A DNA stretch of 64,000 nt from Anaerolineae bacterium (GTDB lineage Bacteria; Chloroflexota; Anaerolineae; S140-20), in contig JALUTT010000181.1 of assembly GCA_027021705.1 (NCBI GenBank), positions 1 through 64,000 of the forward strand, in the 5' to 3' direction. The translations under genes and the position numbers were made by a program. How positions within the stretch are numbered: position 1 is the stretch's first letter; each line of letters starts with the position of its first letter. The notes beneath the pieces were generated by a model. The model ran no database searches. It worked only from the letters and a program-made list of their open reading frames with translations, and was not told where the DNA came from. Below, piece after piece: positions 39,044-48,642 of this stretch.

Positions 39044-40120
39044 ATGTTCCACGTATTATGGCGCATCCCCCTCTACCGGCTCAGCCGGCGGCTGGGCTGG
39101 CCGAGGATGCTCCCCATCAACCTCACCCTCTCCCCCTCCCCCCGCTGCAACTCCCGCTGCTTGACCTGCAACATCTGGATGAAGCGGGAAGAGGAACTGA
39201 CGATGGAGGAGTGGGAGAAGGTGCTGCAGAGCCTGGGTCGGGCTCCCTACTGGGTGACTATCAGCGGTGGAGAGCCCTTTCTCTTCCCCAACCTGGTGCC
39301 CCTGGCTCAGGCCGTCTGCCACTACTGCCGACCGGCCATCCTCAACATCCCCACCAACAGCTTGCTCTACCAGCGCATCCCCCCAATGGTCCAGGCCATC
39401 GCCGAGAGCTGCCCCGACGTCCAACTCATCATCAACCTCTCCCTGGACGGGGTGGGGGTGGCCCACGACCGCATCCGGGGTGTGCCGGGCAACTTCGAGA
39501 AGTTCGAGCGCAACTACGCCGCCCTGCGCGAGCTCTCCCAGAGCCTTCCCAACCTGACCCTCGGCATTCACTCGGTCATCTCCACGTTCAATGTGGACCG
39601 GGTGTCCGTCCTCTACGATTACGCCTTCGGCCTGGCCCCCGACTCCTACATCACCGAGATCGCCGAGGAGCGGGTGGAGCTGGACACGGTGGGCAGCGGC
39701 ATCACCCCTTCCCTAGAGGCCTACAGCCGGGCCATTGACGAGCTGGTGCAGCGACTGGAGCGGCAGTCCTTCCGGGGGATCGCCCGCATCACCCAGGCGT
39801 TCCGGCTGGAGTACTACCGGCTGGTGAAGCGGTTCCTGGCCGAGGAGACCCAGGTGATCCCCTGCTACGCCGGCTGGGCCTCGGCCCAGATCTACGCCGA
39901 CGGCACCGTCTGGCCCTGCTGCGTGCGGGCCGACGGGATGGGGAACCTGCGCGAGGTGGGCTACGACTTCAAGAAGGTCTGGTTCTCCCCCCAGGCCGAC
40001 CGCATCCGGCGCAGCATCCGCAACAAAGAATGCGCCTGCCCCCTGGCCAACGCCGCCTACACCAACATGCTGATGCACCCGCCGACGGTGGCCCGGGTCC
40101 TCCGGCGCATCGTGGGGTGA
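39044..40120 (+). CDS. Radical SAM protein with SPASM/twitch domain
   Basis: CNSRCLTC (CxxxCxxC), SGGEPFL, SLDG..HDRIRG, CYAG..DGTVWPCC..GNL, C-terminal cysteines. Confidence 0.9.
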   Translation: MFHVLWRIPLYRLSRRLGWPRMLPINLTLSPSPRCNSRCLTCNIWMKREEELTMEEWEKVLQSLGRAPYWVTISGGEPFLFPNLVPLAQAVCHYCRPAILNIPTNSLLYQRIPPMVQAIAESCPDVQLIINLSLDGVGVAHDRIRGVPGNFEKFERNYAALRELSQSLPNLTLGIHSVISTFNVDRVSVLYDYAFGLAPDSYITEIAEERVELDTVGSGITPSLEAYSRAIDELVQRLERQSFRGIARITQAFRLEYYRLVKRFLAEETQVIPCYAGWASAQIYADGTVWPCCVRADGMGNLREVGYDFKKVWFSPQADRIRRSIRNKECACPLANAAYTNMLMHPPTVARVLRRIVG

Positions 40121-40211
40121 GGGGCAAGGGGCAAGGGGCAGGGGGCAAGGGGCAAGGGGCAAGGGGCAGGGGGCAAGGGGCAAGAGGCAAGGGGCAGGGG
40201 GCAAGGGGCAA
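40120..40211. repeat. (A/G)GGGGCA heptamer tandem array, about 13 copies
   Basis: Continuous tract between convergent genes. Confidence 0.92.
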
Positions 40212-40221
40212 GGACTGAGGG

Positions 40222-41529
40222 CTAAGGACCGAGGACTTCCAGCACGGCGTCAACGGCGATCTGGGCACTCTCCCGGGCCAGCCGGGCCGGGAAGCGGTAG
40301 AAGAAGGGAACCGTATCCACCTCGTAGCCCCCCTCGTCGTGGGCCTCGGCCGTGGGCAGGTAGCCGATGCAGCCGTCACTGACGCTGGCGAAGAGGGTGA
40401 CGGGGGCCGGCGAGCGGGCCTTGATCGCCATCCCGATCTCGGTGAAGACCTCCGCGCCAAAGGTGACCAGGGCCAGGTCGCCCGCCCGGGCAACGTTGAC
40501 CCGCATCGGCACCTGCCAGACCCCCTCCCGCGCCTCGACCCGCGACCGCCAGGGGTAGCGCTGGTTCAGCAGGAAGTCCACCGCCGGGCGCAGGAAGAAG
40601 GGCAGGCCGGCCACCTTCGCCAGGGCCTTGCGGTAGGTGCGGGGCGGTCGGGGCGTCGTCGCCGGCGCCTCCAGCGGCAGCCAGACCTCCCCCTGGTGCA
40701 GCCGGAGGGGCACCCCCGTCAGCGGCGTGAGCCCCCGGTGGACGGTCTCCAGTACCCCCTGGGCCACCCGCTCCCCCAGCGCCCGGACCGCCTCCCAAGG
40801 GTCGCCCTGGCCCCACTGGTGGTCCGGGTTGAGGTTCGCCGTCGCCCCTTGGAGGAAGAGCACCCGTCCTCCCAGCGCCTCCTCGACCCGCGCCCGCATC
40901 GCTCCGATCCAGTCGGCGGAGACGAGGCGGTTGTCCGGCCCCAGGACGGTGCCGTGGCAGGCGAAGTTGACCAAGGTGGCGAGGGGGGCGCCGTCGGCTC
41001 GGCGCACCTGGACCACCCCTACCGACCGGTCCACAGGGCCGTCGGGGTTGACGCCGATGACGACGCTCCCGTCGGGCCGGCGCTCGCGGCGGTTGACGGC
41101 GATGTCGGCCTCGCCCTGGCCCCAGGCCAGCGTCACCGGCGTCAGGGCGGCCTCGGCCCGGCGCACCGCCCGGACGATCCGCTCGACCAGCGTCTCGATG
41201 TAGGCCCGGCGGGCGGGGCGGGAACGGCGGTCGGCGTAGGCAATGGGGCCGGCGTGGGTATGGGAGCAGGCGACGATCGCCGGCGTCCCCTCCCCCAGCC
41301 GCCGCCGCACCCGGTCCACGACGAACTCGTTGAGGCAGAGGAGGTCGCAGGCGACCAGGGCCAGCCGGCTCTGACCGTCGTCCAGCACCAGCGCCGTGGC
41401 CGTCAGGTCGTCGTGGACGCCCTGGTTGCCCTTGGTCCGGTCGCCGTAGCCGATGAGGTAGAGGCCCCGGGGGGGCGAGATCACCTCCCGGGCCACGCCG
41501 GCCCGCAGTTGCCGCTCCGTCTGTGCCAT
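40222..41529 (-). CDS. Neutral/alkaline ceramidase-like N-terminal domain hydrolase
   Basis: GVHDDL.A.ALVL, CSHTHAGP, NRR, NFACHGT, SADW, GYLPT...EGGYE. Confidence 0.8.
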   Translation of the reverse strand: MAQTERQLRAGVAREVISPPRGLYLIGYGDRTKGNQGVHDDLTATALVLDDGQSRLALVACDLLCLNEFVVDRVRRRLGEGTPAIVACSHTHAGPIAYADRRSRPARRAYIETLVERIVRAVRRAEAALTPVTLAWGQGEADIAVNRRERRPDGSVVIGVNPDGPVDRSVGVVQVRRADGAPLATLVNFACHGTVLGPDNRLVSADWIGAMRARVEEALGGRVLFLQGATANLNPDHQWGQGDPWEAVRALGERVAQGVLETVHRGLTPLTGVPLRLHQGEVWLPLEAPATTPRPPRTYRKALAKVAGLPFFLRPAVDFLLNQRYPWRSRVEAREGVWQVPMRVNVARAGDLALVTFGAEVFTEIGMAIKARSPAPVTLFASVSDGCIGYLPTAEAHDEGGYEVDTVPFFYRFPARLARESAQIAVDAVLEVLGP

Positions 41530-41541
41530 ACCCCGCTCCTC

Positions 41542-42876
41542 TCACGCTTCCGTCAGGCCCAGGTTGCGGCGGGTCTCGGCGGGCGTGTCCCCCAGCCGGT
41601 ACGCCTGGAAGATCCAAGCTCCGATGAGGGTGGCCCCGGCGATGGCCAGGAAGGCGGCCCGCACGCCCAGGGGGTTCTCGCTGGTGTAGCCCAGCCCCTT
41701 GAGCAGGAGGGGCAGGATCAGCGTCCCCACGGAGATGCCCAGACCGTTGGCGAAGCTGAAGGTGCCGTAGTAGATGGCCTCGCGTCGCCGGCCCGTGAGC
41801 ATCTCGTCGTAGTCCACCACGTTGCCCATCATCGCGTAGATGACGATGAAGTAGCCGCCCAGCATCGCCGCGACGGGGACGAGGGCGATCAGCCCCTGGG
41901 CCATCAGAGAGAGGCCGGGGATCGTCCCCACGCCGAAGGTGAGGGCCGAGGTCACCGCCAGCCCGACCATCGCAATGGTCAGCAGCCGGCGCTGGGAGAC
42001 GTAGCGGTCCGCCAAGGCCCACAGCGGCCCCGTCACCGCCATCATCAGGATCAGCACGCCCTGGAAGATGCCCACGTCGGCCTCGCTGCGGCCCAGCACC
42101 AGGGTGACGAAGTAGGGCAGGTTCGCCAGGAGCATCTGGTAGGCCAGGTGGACGAAGAGGGTGGAGAGGAAGACGATGAGGAACTGCCGGTTGCCGAGGG
42201 TGATCCGCAGCCCTTCCACCGCGCCGATGGGCCGGCCCAGGGGGCGCTCCACGTCCCGCAGCCCCAGCAGCGCCATCCAGATGGTGAGCATCCCGACCAG
42301 GCCGACGACCAGCCCCATCGCCACCGGCCCGATGCTGTCGAAGAGGGGGGCGGCGACCAGAGAGCCGATGAGCACGCCCAGGATGCCGAAGAGGTTCTTC
42401 CAATAGCTCAGGACCACGCGGTCGTGGGAGTCGGGGGCCATCTCCGGCAGCGTGCCGTCGTAGGGGATGCCGACCAAGCTGAAGGCGGTGAAGTAGCCCA
42501 AGGTGATGAGGGTGAAGTAGAGGGCGTTGAGAGGGCTGGTGCCCTGCACCGGCGGGGTCCAGATGAGGACCAGGAGCAGGGCGGCGGCCGGAGCGCCAAA
42601 CAGCAGGAAGGGCCGACGGCGGCCCCAGCGCGATTGCAACGTATCGCTCCAGTGGCCGATGAAGGGGTCAATGAAAGCGTCCCAGAAGCGCCCGACGGTG
42701 AGCAGGACGCCCACCAGGGCGACGGGGAGGTAGGCCACGCGGCCCGAATCGGGTGGGGGGGCGTAGAAGTAGAGGATCCAGGTGCTGACGGTGATGCTCA
42801 TGATGTTGAGGCCGATGGAGGCCATGCTGTAGAGCAGAACGCGACCCAGGGTGAGCTTGGGGGGTGTAGGGGACAT
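41542..42876 (-). CDS. MFS transporter, glycoside-pentoside-hexuronide (MelB-like) family
   Basis: WDAFIDPFIGHWSD..SRWGRRRPF, VDYDE..TGRRREAIYYG. Confidence 0.9.
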   Translation of the reverse strand: MSPTPPKLTLGRVLLYSMASIGLNIMSITVSTWILYFYAPPPDSGRVAYLPVALVGVLLTVGRFWDAFIDPFIGHWSDTLQSRWGRRRPFLLFGAPAAALLLVLIWTPPVQGTSPLNALYFTLITLGYFTAFSLVGIPYDGTLPEMAPDSHDRVVLSYWKNLFGILGVLIGSLVAAPLFDSIGPVAMGLVVGLVGMLTIWMALLGLRDVERPLGRPIGAVEGLRITLGNRQFLIVFLSTLFVHLAYQMLLANLPYFVTLVLGRSEADVGIFQGVLILMMAVTGPLWALADRYVSQRRLLTIAMVGLAVTSALTFGVGTIPGLSLMAQGLIALVPVAAMLGGYFIVIYAMMGNVVDYDEMLTGRRREAIYYGTFSFANGLGISVGTLILPLLLKGLGYTSENPLGVRAAFLAIAGATLIGAWIFQAYRLGDTPAETRRNLGLTEA

Positions 42877-43033
42877 CTTCCTCCTCCCGCTGCGCTAGGG
42901 GATGCGGTTGGTCAGGGGAACTCCTCGGCGTCCGGGCCGGACCGGGGGTATCCCCTCCGCCCAAAGGGGGATTCCAGCCGACTCCGCGTCATCACTGCCT
43001 TCAACCCCCTTGAGTATACCTCTGACCTGCCGA

Positions 43034-43170
43034 AGGGGCAAGGGGCAAGGGGCAGGGGGCAGGGGGCAAGCGGCGTAGCGGCGGGCCGAGGGCTGAGGGC
43101 TGAGGCACTGAGGGCCGAGCGGCGTAGCGGCTGGCGGCGTAGCGGCGTAGCGATTGGCGGCTTAGCGGCC
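43034..43170. repeat. Heptamer repeat mosaic (GGGGCAA, GAGGGCT, GGCGTAGC)
   Basis: Directly visible tracts adjoining the 224-bp array. Confidence 0.85.
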
Positions 43171-43196
43171 GGCGGTCAGCACCTCAGCGGACTGCC

Positions 43197-44262
43197 GTCA
43201 ACGGATTCGGAGAGCGGATTGAACGGAGCTGCCGCCCCCCCATCCGTTCAATCCGCTCAATCCGTTCCCCAATCCGTTGACAGCCTGTCCGCTCCGGCCA
43301 CGGCGAGAGACACGAAGAGCACCAAGGGCGCAAAGAGCACAAAGCGGTACGAAAGGCTGGACAAGCTCCCTTGGGAGCACCAGCCCCACACCCGTTCAAT
43401 CCGTTCCAAAGCGGATTGCTGTCAACGGATTCGGAGAGCGGATTGAACGGAGCTGCCGCCCCCCCATCCGTTCAATCCGCTCAATCCGTTCCCCAATCCG
43501 TTGACAGCCTGTCCGCTCCGGCCACGGCGAGAGACACGAAGAGCACCAAGGGCGCAAAGAGCACAAAGCGGTACGAAAGGCTGGACAAGCTCCCTTGGGA
43601 GCACCAGCCCCACACCCGTTCAATCCGTTCCAAAGCGGATTGCTGTCAACGGATTCGGAGAGCGGATTGAACGGAGCTGCCGCCCCCCCATCCGTTCAAT
43701 CCGCTCAATCCGTTCCCCAATCCGTTGACAGCTTGTCCGCTCCGGCCACGGCGAGAGACACGAAGAGCACCAAGGGCGCAAAGAGCACAAAGCGGTACGA
43801 AAGGCTGGACAAGCTCCCTTGGGAGCACCAGCCCCACACCCGTTCAATCCGTTCCAAAGCGGATTGCTGTCAACGGATTCGGAGAGCGGATTGAACGGAG
43901 CTGCCGCCCCCCCATCCGTTCAATCCGCTCAATCCGTTCCCCAATCCGTTGACAGCTTGTCCGCTCCGGCCACGGCGAGAGACACGAAGAGCACCAAGGG
44001 CGCAAAGAGCACAAAGCGGTACGAAGCTCTCTTGGGAGCACCGCCCCCCCATCCGCTCAATCCGTTCAATCCGTTCCCTAATCCGTTGACAGCCTGTCCG
44101 TCCGCCAACAAAGCCCCCAGAATTACTGAACCACTGAAGGGGGTGAAGACACTGAGCCTCGTGCAGCGCGGCCCAGGTCCTCGGCCAGGCCGTGACCCGA
44201 CGGAGAAGCGGGGGCGCACAATTCCTCAGTGAGCTCATTTCTCTCAGCGCTTCAGTGATTCA
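43197..44262. repeat. 224-bp tandem array (three full units plus a partial fourth) ending in the GAAT(C/T)ACTGA...TCAGTGATTC module
   Basis: Units start at 43197, 43421, 43645 and 43869 and are nearly identical; the tail is homologous to 2660-3012. Confidence 0.93.
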
Positions 44263-44283
44263 AAACGCTCCCCCAATCCATTC

Positions 44284-44311
44284 ATTATACATCACCCCGT
44301 TCGGCCGTCAA
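44284..44311 (-). promoter_or_regulatory. Near-consensus sigma70 promoter pointing into the repeat array
   Basis: Minus strand TTGACG-N16-TATAAT. Confidence 0.55.
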
Positions 44312-44363
44312 CGTGCCCGCAAAGCGAACCAGAGCTTTTCAGCGCTCTAACCCTTGGGGGGAA

Positions 44364-44458
44364 CCCTCCCGCAGGTCCTTCCCACGGCCTGAAGCGCGTC
44401 GTAGGCGGCCTTCAATATGCTATGGCAGTTGCCGGGCGCCGCAAGACCTGCGGGAGGG
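44364..44458. repeat. REPIN/MITE-like element, CCCTCCCGCAGGT family (copy 5)
   Basis: 13-bp perfect TIR; interior related to 27339-27434. Confidence 0.85.
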
Positions 44459-44588
44459 CGACAACACCGGTAGCTGCTCCCACCACCCTACCTCCCGCGC
44501 ATCACCAGGGGCAGGTAGATGGGAAACACCCTCTCGTCGGCCCCCAGGTCGTAGCCGCCCCCACCGGGCCCTCCTTATAGACAGAAAG

Positions 44589-46148
44589 TCAACAGGAGGC
44601 GGAGCCGGGGGGGTGGTGGACCGGGGGCGGAGTGGACCTGATCATCGTCTCCAGCCGCTTGCGGGGGAACTCCACCGTCCGGCCGCCTTGGACCAACTCC
44701 ATAAAGTGCTGCTGCTCGACAATGCGCGTGCGCAGCTCGCAGGCCAGGGCGCCCAGCTCTTGCAACTCTTCGTCGGTGACCCGGCCGTCGGGGTAGAGGA
44801 GCTTGACGTAGCCGTTCAGCAGGCGCACCAAGGCTTCCTCGTCGCGGGTGGTGAGCGGCCCGCCTTCGGCCGAGAAGCGCAGCCGGGCGCGGATCTCCGC
44901 CGTGTGATCGTCCCGGCGCAGGCGGTGCAGGATCTCGGAGAAGTAGTCGGAGATGAAGCCCAGGCCGTCGGAGAAGGAGCGCATCTCCAGCTTAGGCACC
45001 CGCCAGCCAGGGATGAAGCCGTGGAGCCGGTCGAAGAGGGCCGTGTCGTGCAGGGCCACGGGCAGCGACTGGAAGAGGTAACGCTCGCCAACGGTCCCTT
45101 GTTCCTCGTCCACCGACGGCGTGTCCACCCCCGGCACGGCATCGTCCGCCAGCAGTTCCTCGATCTCCTCTCCCTCTTCTGCCTCTTTCGTACCATGGTC
45201 GGTGTTTCCCACCATCAAGATGCTGCACTCGCTGGGCATCTCGATCCCGCCACGGCTGAAGAGCCCCGAGGCCATGTAGTCCTTGAGGATGCCCAGCACG
45301 TCGTCGCGGGTGGCGTCGAACTTGGCGTAGGCGATCTCGTCGAAGACCACCACATCCTTGCGGGCGATCACCCCTACGCTGCGGGTGCGCAGGTCCAGGA
45401 AGAGTTGCGCGGCGGTGGCCTTGCCGCCCGAGATGACAAAGCTGTAGGGCGAGATGTTGCGGATGCCGTAGGTCTTGCCCGTGCCCCGGGGGCCGAGCTC
45501 CAGCAGGTTGAGGTTGGGCTCCACCAGGGGCAGAAAGCGGGTGAGCACGTAGAGGCTCTCCCGGCGGCTGTAGGCGGCCGGATTGAGGCCGATGGTGCTC
45601 ATCAACACGGCGATCCACTCGTCGGAGGTGAACAGGCTGCGGGCCTCCTTGTAGTCTTCCACATCAATGCGGGCCACCTGAAAGGGGGCGAAGTTGGCGA
45701 TGAAGAAGGGGAGCTTGCGCCCATCCACCTCGGCGTTGGGCTCGTAGTGGATCTCGGCGATGCCCCAGGCGCCTCCTTCCAGCAGGATGGGGTACTCCTT
45801 GGGCAGCCGGGTGCTGATGCGCATTTCCCGCCGGCCCAGAAGCGGCGTGCGGATCAGCGGGGCGTGGATTTTGTCGTCGAAGTGACCGTAGAAGAAGCCC
45901 AGCAAGCGCAGGCTGCCCTGTTGAGCCAGCTCGAAGACCACTCGCTCGGCGTGGCGCGGCTCGGGGAAGTGTTTCTGGACGATGTCGTTGACCACGCGCA
46001 GCGCCTCCGTCTCCCCACGGTCGGCGTAGCGAGCGAGCAGGTACTCGGTGACGAAGCGGGGGAGCTGGCGCCGGATGATCTTGCGGGTCAGCGCCTTGTT
46101 CACGATCTTGTCCGGGAACCGCTGGCGTAGCTTCTCTTGCCAATTCAT
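44589..46148 (-). CDS. brxL: BREX BrxL-like AAA+ protein without a recognisable Lon protease domain (519 aa)
   Basis: P.FV.EYLL..Y N-terminus, FTSDEWI..L..TIG, RFLPLVE.NLNLLELGPRGTGKT, VVFDEIA, LKDYMASG.FSRG, DTALFDRLHGFIPGW, DYFSEILH.LR; start MNWQEK. Confidence 0.88.
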   Translation of the reverse strand: MNWQEKLRQRFPDKIVNKALTRKIIRRQLPRFVTEYLLARYADRGETEALRVVNDIVQKHFPEPRHAERVVFELAQQGSLRLLGFFYGHFDDKIHAPLIRTPLLGRREMRISTRLPKEYPILLEGGAWGIAEIHYEPNAEVDGRKLPFFIANFAPFQVARIDVEDYKEARSLFTSDEWIAVLMSTIGLNPAAYSRRESLYVLTRFLPLVEPNLNLLELGPRGTGKTYGIRNISPYSFVISGGKATAAQLFLDLRTRSVGVIARKDVVVFDEIAYAKFDATRDDVLGILKDYMASGLFSRGGIEMPSECSILMVGNTDHGTKEAEEGEEIEELLADDAVPGVDTPSVDEEQGTVGERYLFQSLPVALHDTALFDRLHGFIPGWRVPKLEMRSFSDGLGFISDYFSEILHRLRRDDHTAEIRARLRFSAEGGPLTTRDEEALVRLLNGYVKLLYPDGRVTDEELQELGALACELRTRIVEQQHFMELVQGGRTVEFPRKRLETMIRSTPPPVHHPPGSASC

Positions 46149-46176
46149 AACCCTTGTCTCCCAAAAGGCCTCTCGT

Positions 46177-48642
46177 CTACTCCGGCAGCAGCGCGGCGGC
46201 GGCGCTCTCGTACTTGCCCCGTCGCGGCTGAACGGTGACCTCGGCTTCGGCGTGGGCGACCTCTCGATCATCGTGGTAGCCCACAGCACGCAGGTAGACG
46301 GTCTCCGGCTCCACCGGCTCACGAGGTGGCAGGGTGGGCCGCCACGTAACCTGCCACTGCTGGAAGGGCAGCCCCGGTTGGGGCTGAGCGGCAAAGCTTA
46401 GCGGCGGGCGGCCGGGGAGCCACACTTCCACATGCACCTCCCCGGCGATCCCCGCCGGCGTCCGCAACTCCAGCGTGACCATCACCGCTTCGTCCTCGGT
46501 GACCACCGCCGGCACGCCCACGAAGCGCAGGCCGAATCGGGGCCTCGCCGGGCCGACGCGCAGCCAGGCCGCCGGCACCACCACCTCCTCCAGACCGATG
46601 CCGCTGTGATAGCCCACTTTCGGCTGATGCTTGAACCGGCCGCCGAAGTCGTACAGGGCCAGGAAGGGACCGCCCAAGTCGTAGACCAGATCGCGGCACC
46701 ACACGGCCGGCAGCTCCGCCGTGCCCCCCGTGTCCGAGGTCGCCCTCAGCAGGCGGGTCTCCGCCACGTTGGTCCCCGGCGGCACCGGCCATTTCCGGTC
46801 CCCATCCGGGGTGAACCCGTGGTCGGCCACCAGGAGCGCGGCCCGCGGCGAGGCGCGGGCCGCATCCAGCACGGCGGTCAGGAAGGCGTAGCCCTTCAGC
46901 TCCAGGGGGAAGGGGGCGTGGGCGGGGGATTGCACTGCCTCGTCCACCTCGTTGACCACCACCACGACCAGGTCGTGCTGCATACCGCGGATGGCAGTCA
47001 TCACCTTCTCCGGTGCTGTTTTCAGGTCCCGCTTCTTGAACACCGCCACGGCGCGGCCCGGCAGGGCTGCCTGGAGCGCCTTGAGCTCGTCCTCACCGGG
47101 AGCCTCATCGTCCGGCTCGGCCAGGTCGGGGTAGACGTGGGAGGCGACCGGGCCGGAGAAGAGGGCGTAGCGGCTCACGGCGGTGACCGTGGGCAGCAGG
47201 GCCAGGGCGTAGCCGTCCTCGATCCCCCATCCACCGGCCATCAGGTCGGCGCGGAAGCGCTGCCAGAGGGGATAGCTCAGGCCGTCCACGATGATCACCA
47301 GCACCCGCTCGCCGGCGTCAAGGCGCGGCTTGATCGCTTTGGGCAGCAGGTGCACCACCAACGGGAGCACGCCACCGCCGAAAAGGTGGGGGTACTCCCG
47401 GGCGTAGCGCTCCGCGAAGGCGCGGTTGAGGGCAGTGCGGGTTTCCCGGTACGCCTTGCGCAGTTGCTGGATCTCGCCGTGCAGCGGGATGGCCTGCTTG
47501 GCCAGTGCCCCCAGTTCCATCCAGGCCAGGTCGCCGGCCGAGATGCGTTCCACGTAGGCCTCGATCAGCCGGGGGAGGTCGGCATCCTCGGCCAGCAGGT
47601 CTTCGATCTCCGGGCGCAGTTGGGCGAGCAGAGCCAGCCGGCCGATGGCATCCACCCAGGGTTGGTATTCATCGTAGAAAAGGTGCCCGCGCCACAGCCG
47701 GTCGTCCAGCGCCGTGCGCCTTCCTTGGACCAGCTCATCCAATTGACGGCGCAGGTCGGCTTTCAGGGCGGCAGGCAAGATGCGGGAGGGGTGGGTGACC
47801 GCGTGGACGGGCAGCCGACGCACGAAGTCGCGCCCCCACTCCGGCTCGGCCAGGAGCGCCTCTTCCAGGCGGGCGGCGAAGGCCTCCAGCAGGGCAACGT
47901 CGTTAACGGCGGCGTGTTCCAGGAATCGGCTCGCCAGGGGATCAGAGGGCACTTTGCCCTCCCGGCGGCTGATCTCGGCCTGGAGCAGGGCCCGGGCCAC
48001 GGCCGCGCGGCTGTGTTCAAAGGTCAGCAGGCCGGCGACCAACGGCTGGTACGGCGGGCTGAGGGTGGCGGCGTACTCCCGGCACAGCACGTGGGCTTCT
48101 CCGGGTACCGAAGCATCGCTGCGCAGGATGCGGGCCAGGGCCGCGGCGTCGGAGGGCAGGTCCAGGAGGTCCTCGCCCAGCAAGGCAGAGAGCACCGCCC
48201 GAGGCAAGTTGGCGCGGGAGATCGGCCGACCCTGGAAGGGCTTCAGGCGCTCCGGGTGCTCCAACAGGGTGGCGGTCAGCGGGTCGAGGCGCGTGTCATC
48301 GGGCAGACGCACGTCGGTCAGCACCCGCAACAGGTGGGCGCCCCCGGCCGGCACATGAGGGGCAGCGGCAGTGAGGTCGCGCAGCCCGGACAACGGCGCA
48401 TCTCGCGGTGCGATCAGGGCCACGCGCTGAGGCTGCCTCTCCCACAACCGGCGGCGCACTCCCAGGAGCGGGCCCGCGGCGATGGCGAACCACGTCTGCC
48501 CGGCCACGCGCACCTCCACCCCGTCCCCCATCGCCGGTCTCAGCAACCCGGTGCGGTCCTCGACGACCAGGGTTTTGGCTCCGACGGCGTGGGGCGCGAT
48601 AAGCTCCCGCAGCACCCGCTCCGCCTCTTCACGCCTCAGCAT
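46177..48642 (-). CDS. pglZ: PglZ-family alkaline-phosphatase-like protein
   Basis: IIVDGLS, LPTVTAVSR.ALFSG, VDEAV, ADHGF, YHSGIGLEEVVVP; beta-rich C-terminal extension. Confidence 0.88.
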   Translation of the reverse strand: MLRREEAERVLRELIAPHAVGAKTLVVEDRTGLLRPAMGDGVEVRVAGQTWFAIAAGPLLGVRRRLWERQPQRVALIAPRDAPLSGLRDLTAAAPHVPAGGAHLLRVLTDVRLPDDTRLDPLTATLLEHPERLKPFQGRPISRANLPRAVLSALLGEDLLDLPSDAAALARILRSDASVPGEAHVLCREYAATLSPPYQPLVAGLLTFEHSRAAVARALLQAEISRREGKVPSDPLASRFLEHAAVNDVALLEAFAARLEEALLAEPEWGRDFVRRLPVHAVTHPSRILPAALKADLRRQLDELVQGRRTALDDRLWRGHLFYDEYQPWVDAIGRLALLAQLRPEIEDLLAEDADLPRLIEAYVERISAGDLAWMELGALAKQAIPLHGEIQQLRKAYRETRTALNRAFAERYAREYPHLFGGGVLPLVVHLLPKAIKPRLDAGERVLVIIVDGLSYPLWQRFRADLMAGGWGIEDGYALALLPTVTAVSRYALFSGPVASHVYPDLAEPDDEAPGEDELKALQAALPGRAVAVFKKRDLKTAPEKVMTAIRGMQHDLVVVVVNEVDEAVQSPAHAPFPLELKGYAFLTAVLDAARASPRAALLVADHGFTPDGDRKWPVPPGTNVAETRLLRATSDTGGTAELPAVWCRDLVYDLGGPFLALYDFGGRFKHQPKVGYHSGIGLEEVVVPAAWLRVGPARPRFGLRFVGVPAVVTEDEAVMVTLELRTPAGIAGEVHVEVWLPGRPPLSFAAQPQPGLPFQQWQVTWRPTLPPREPVEPETVYLRAVGYHDDREVAHAEAEVTVQPRRGKYESAAAALLPE

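Noticed and set aside
40339..43446. 1035-aa plus-strand ORF and other long ORFs (13052-15352, 20494-22539, 46432-48723, 1107-2411)
   Set aside because: Antisense shadows of well-supported genes, expected in high-GC DNA.
43197..44100. Possible CRISPR array
   Set aside because: Units are 224 bp and identical throughout with no unique spacers; no cas genes in the window.
43184..44238. Repeated small ORFs (63-137 aa) in the array, and similar ORFs at 2620-2988, 17271-17547 and 36011-36598
   Set aside because: Translations of repeat DNA in several frames (ERIERI, SPQSSV, PCPLPL); no RBS or domain evidence.
44460..44588. tRNA or att site marking the defence-island border
   Set aside because: No tRNA cloverleaf, integrase or direct repeat identifiable; the other border lies outside the window.
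46149..46394. Longer N-termini from the ORF track (brxL 46394, TPR2 58706, kinase 11343, aapJ-like 31279, glyA 36018, MNT 5703)
   Set aside because: They overlap neighbouring genes or promoters; downstream starts have better RBS or coupling and match domain boundaries.
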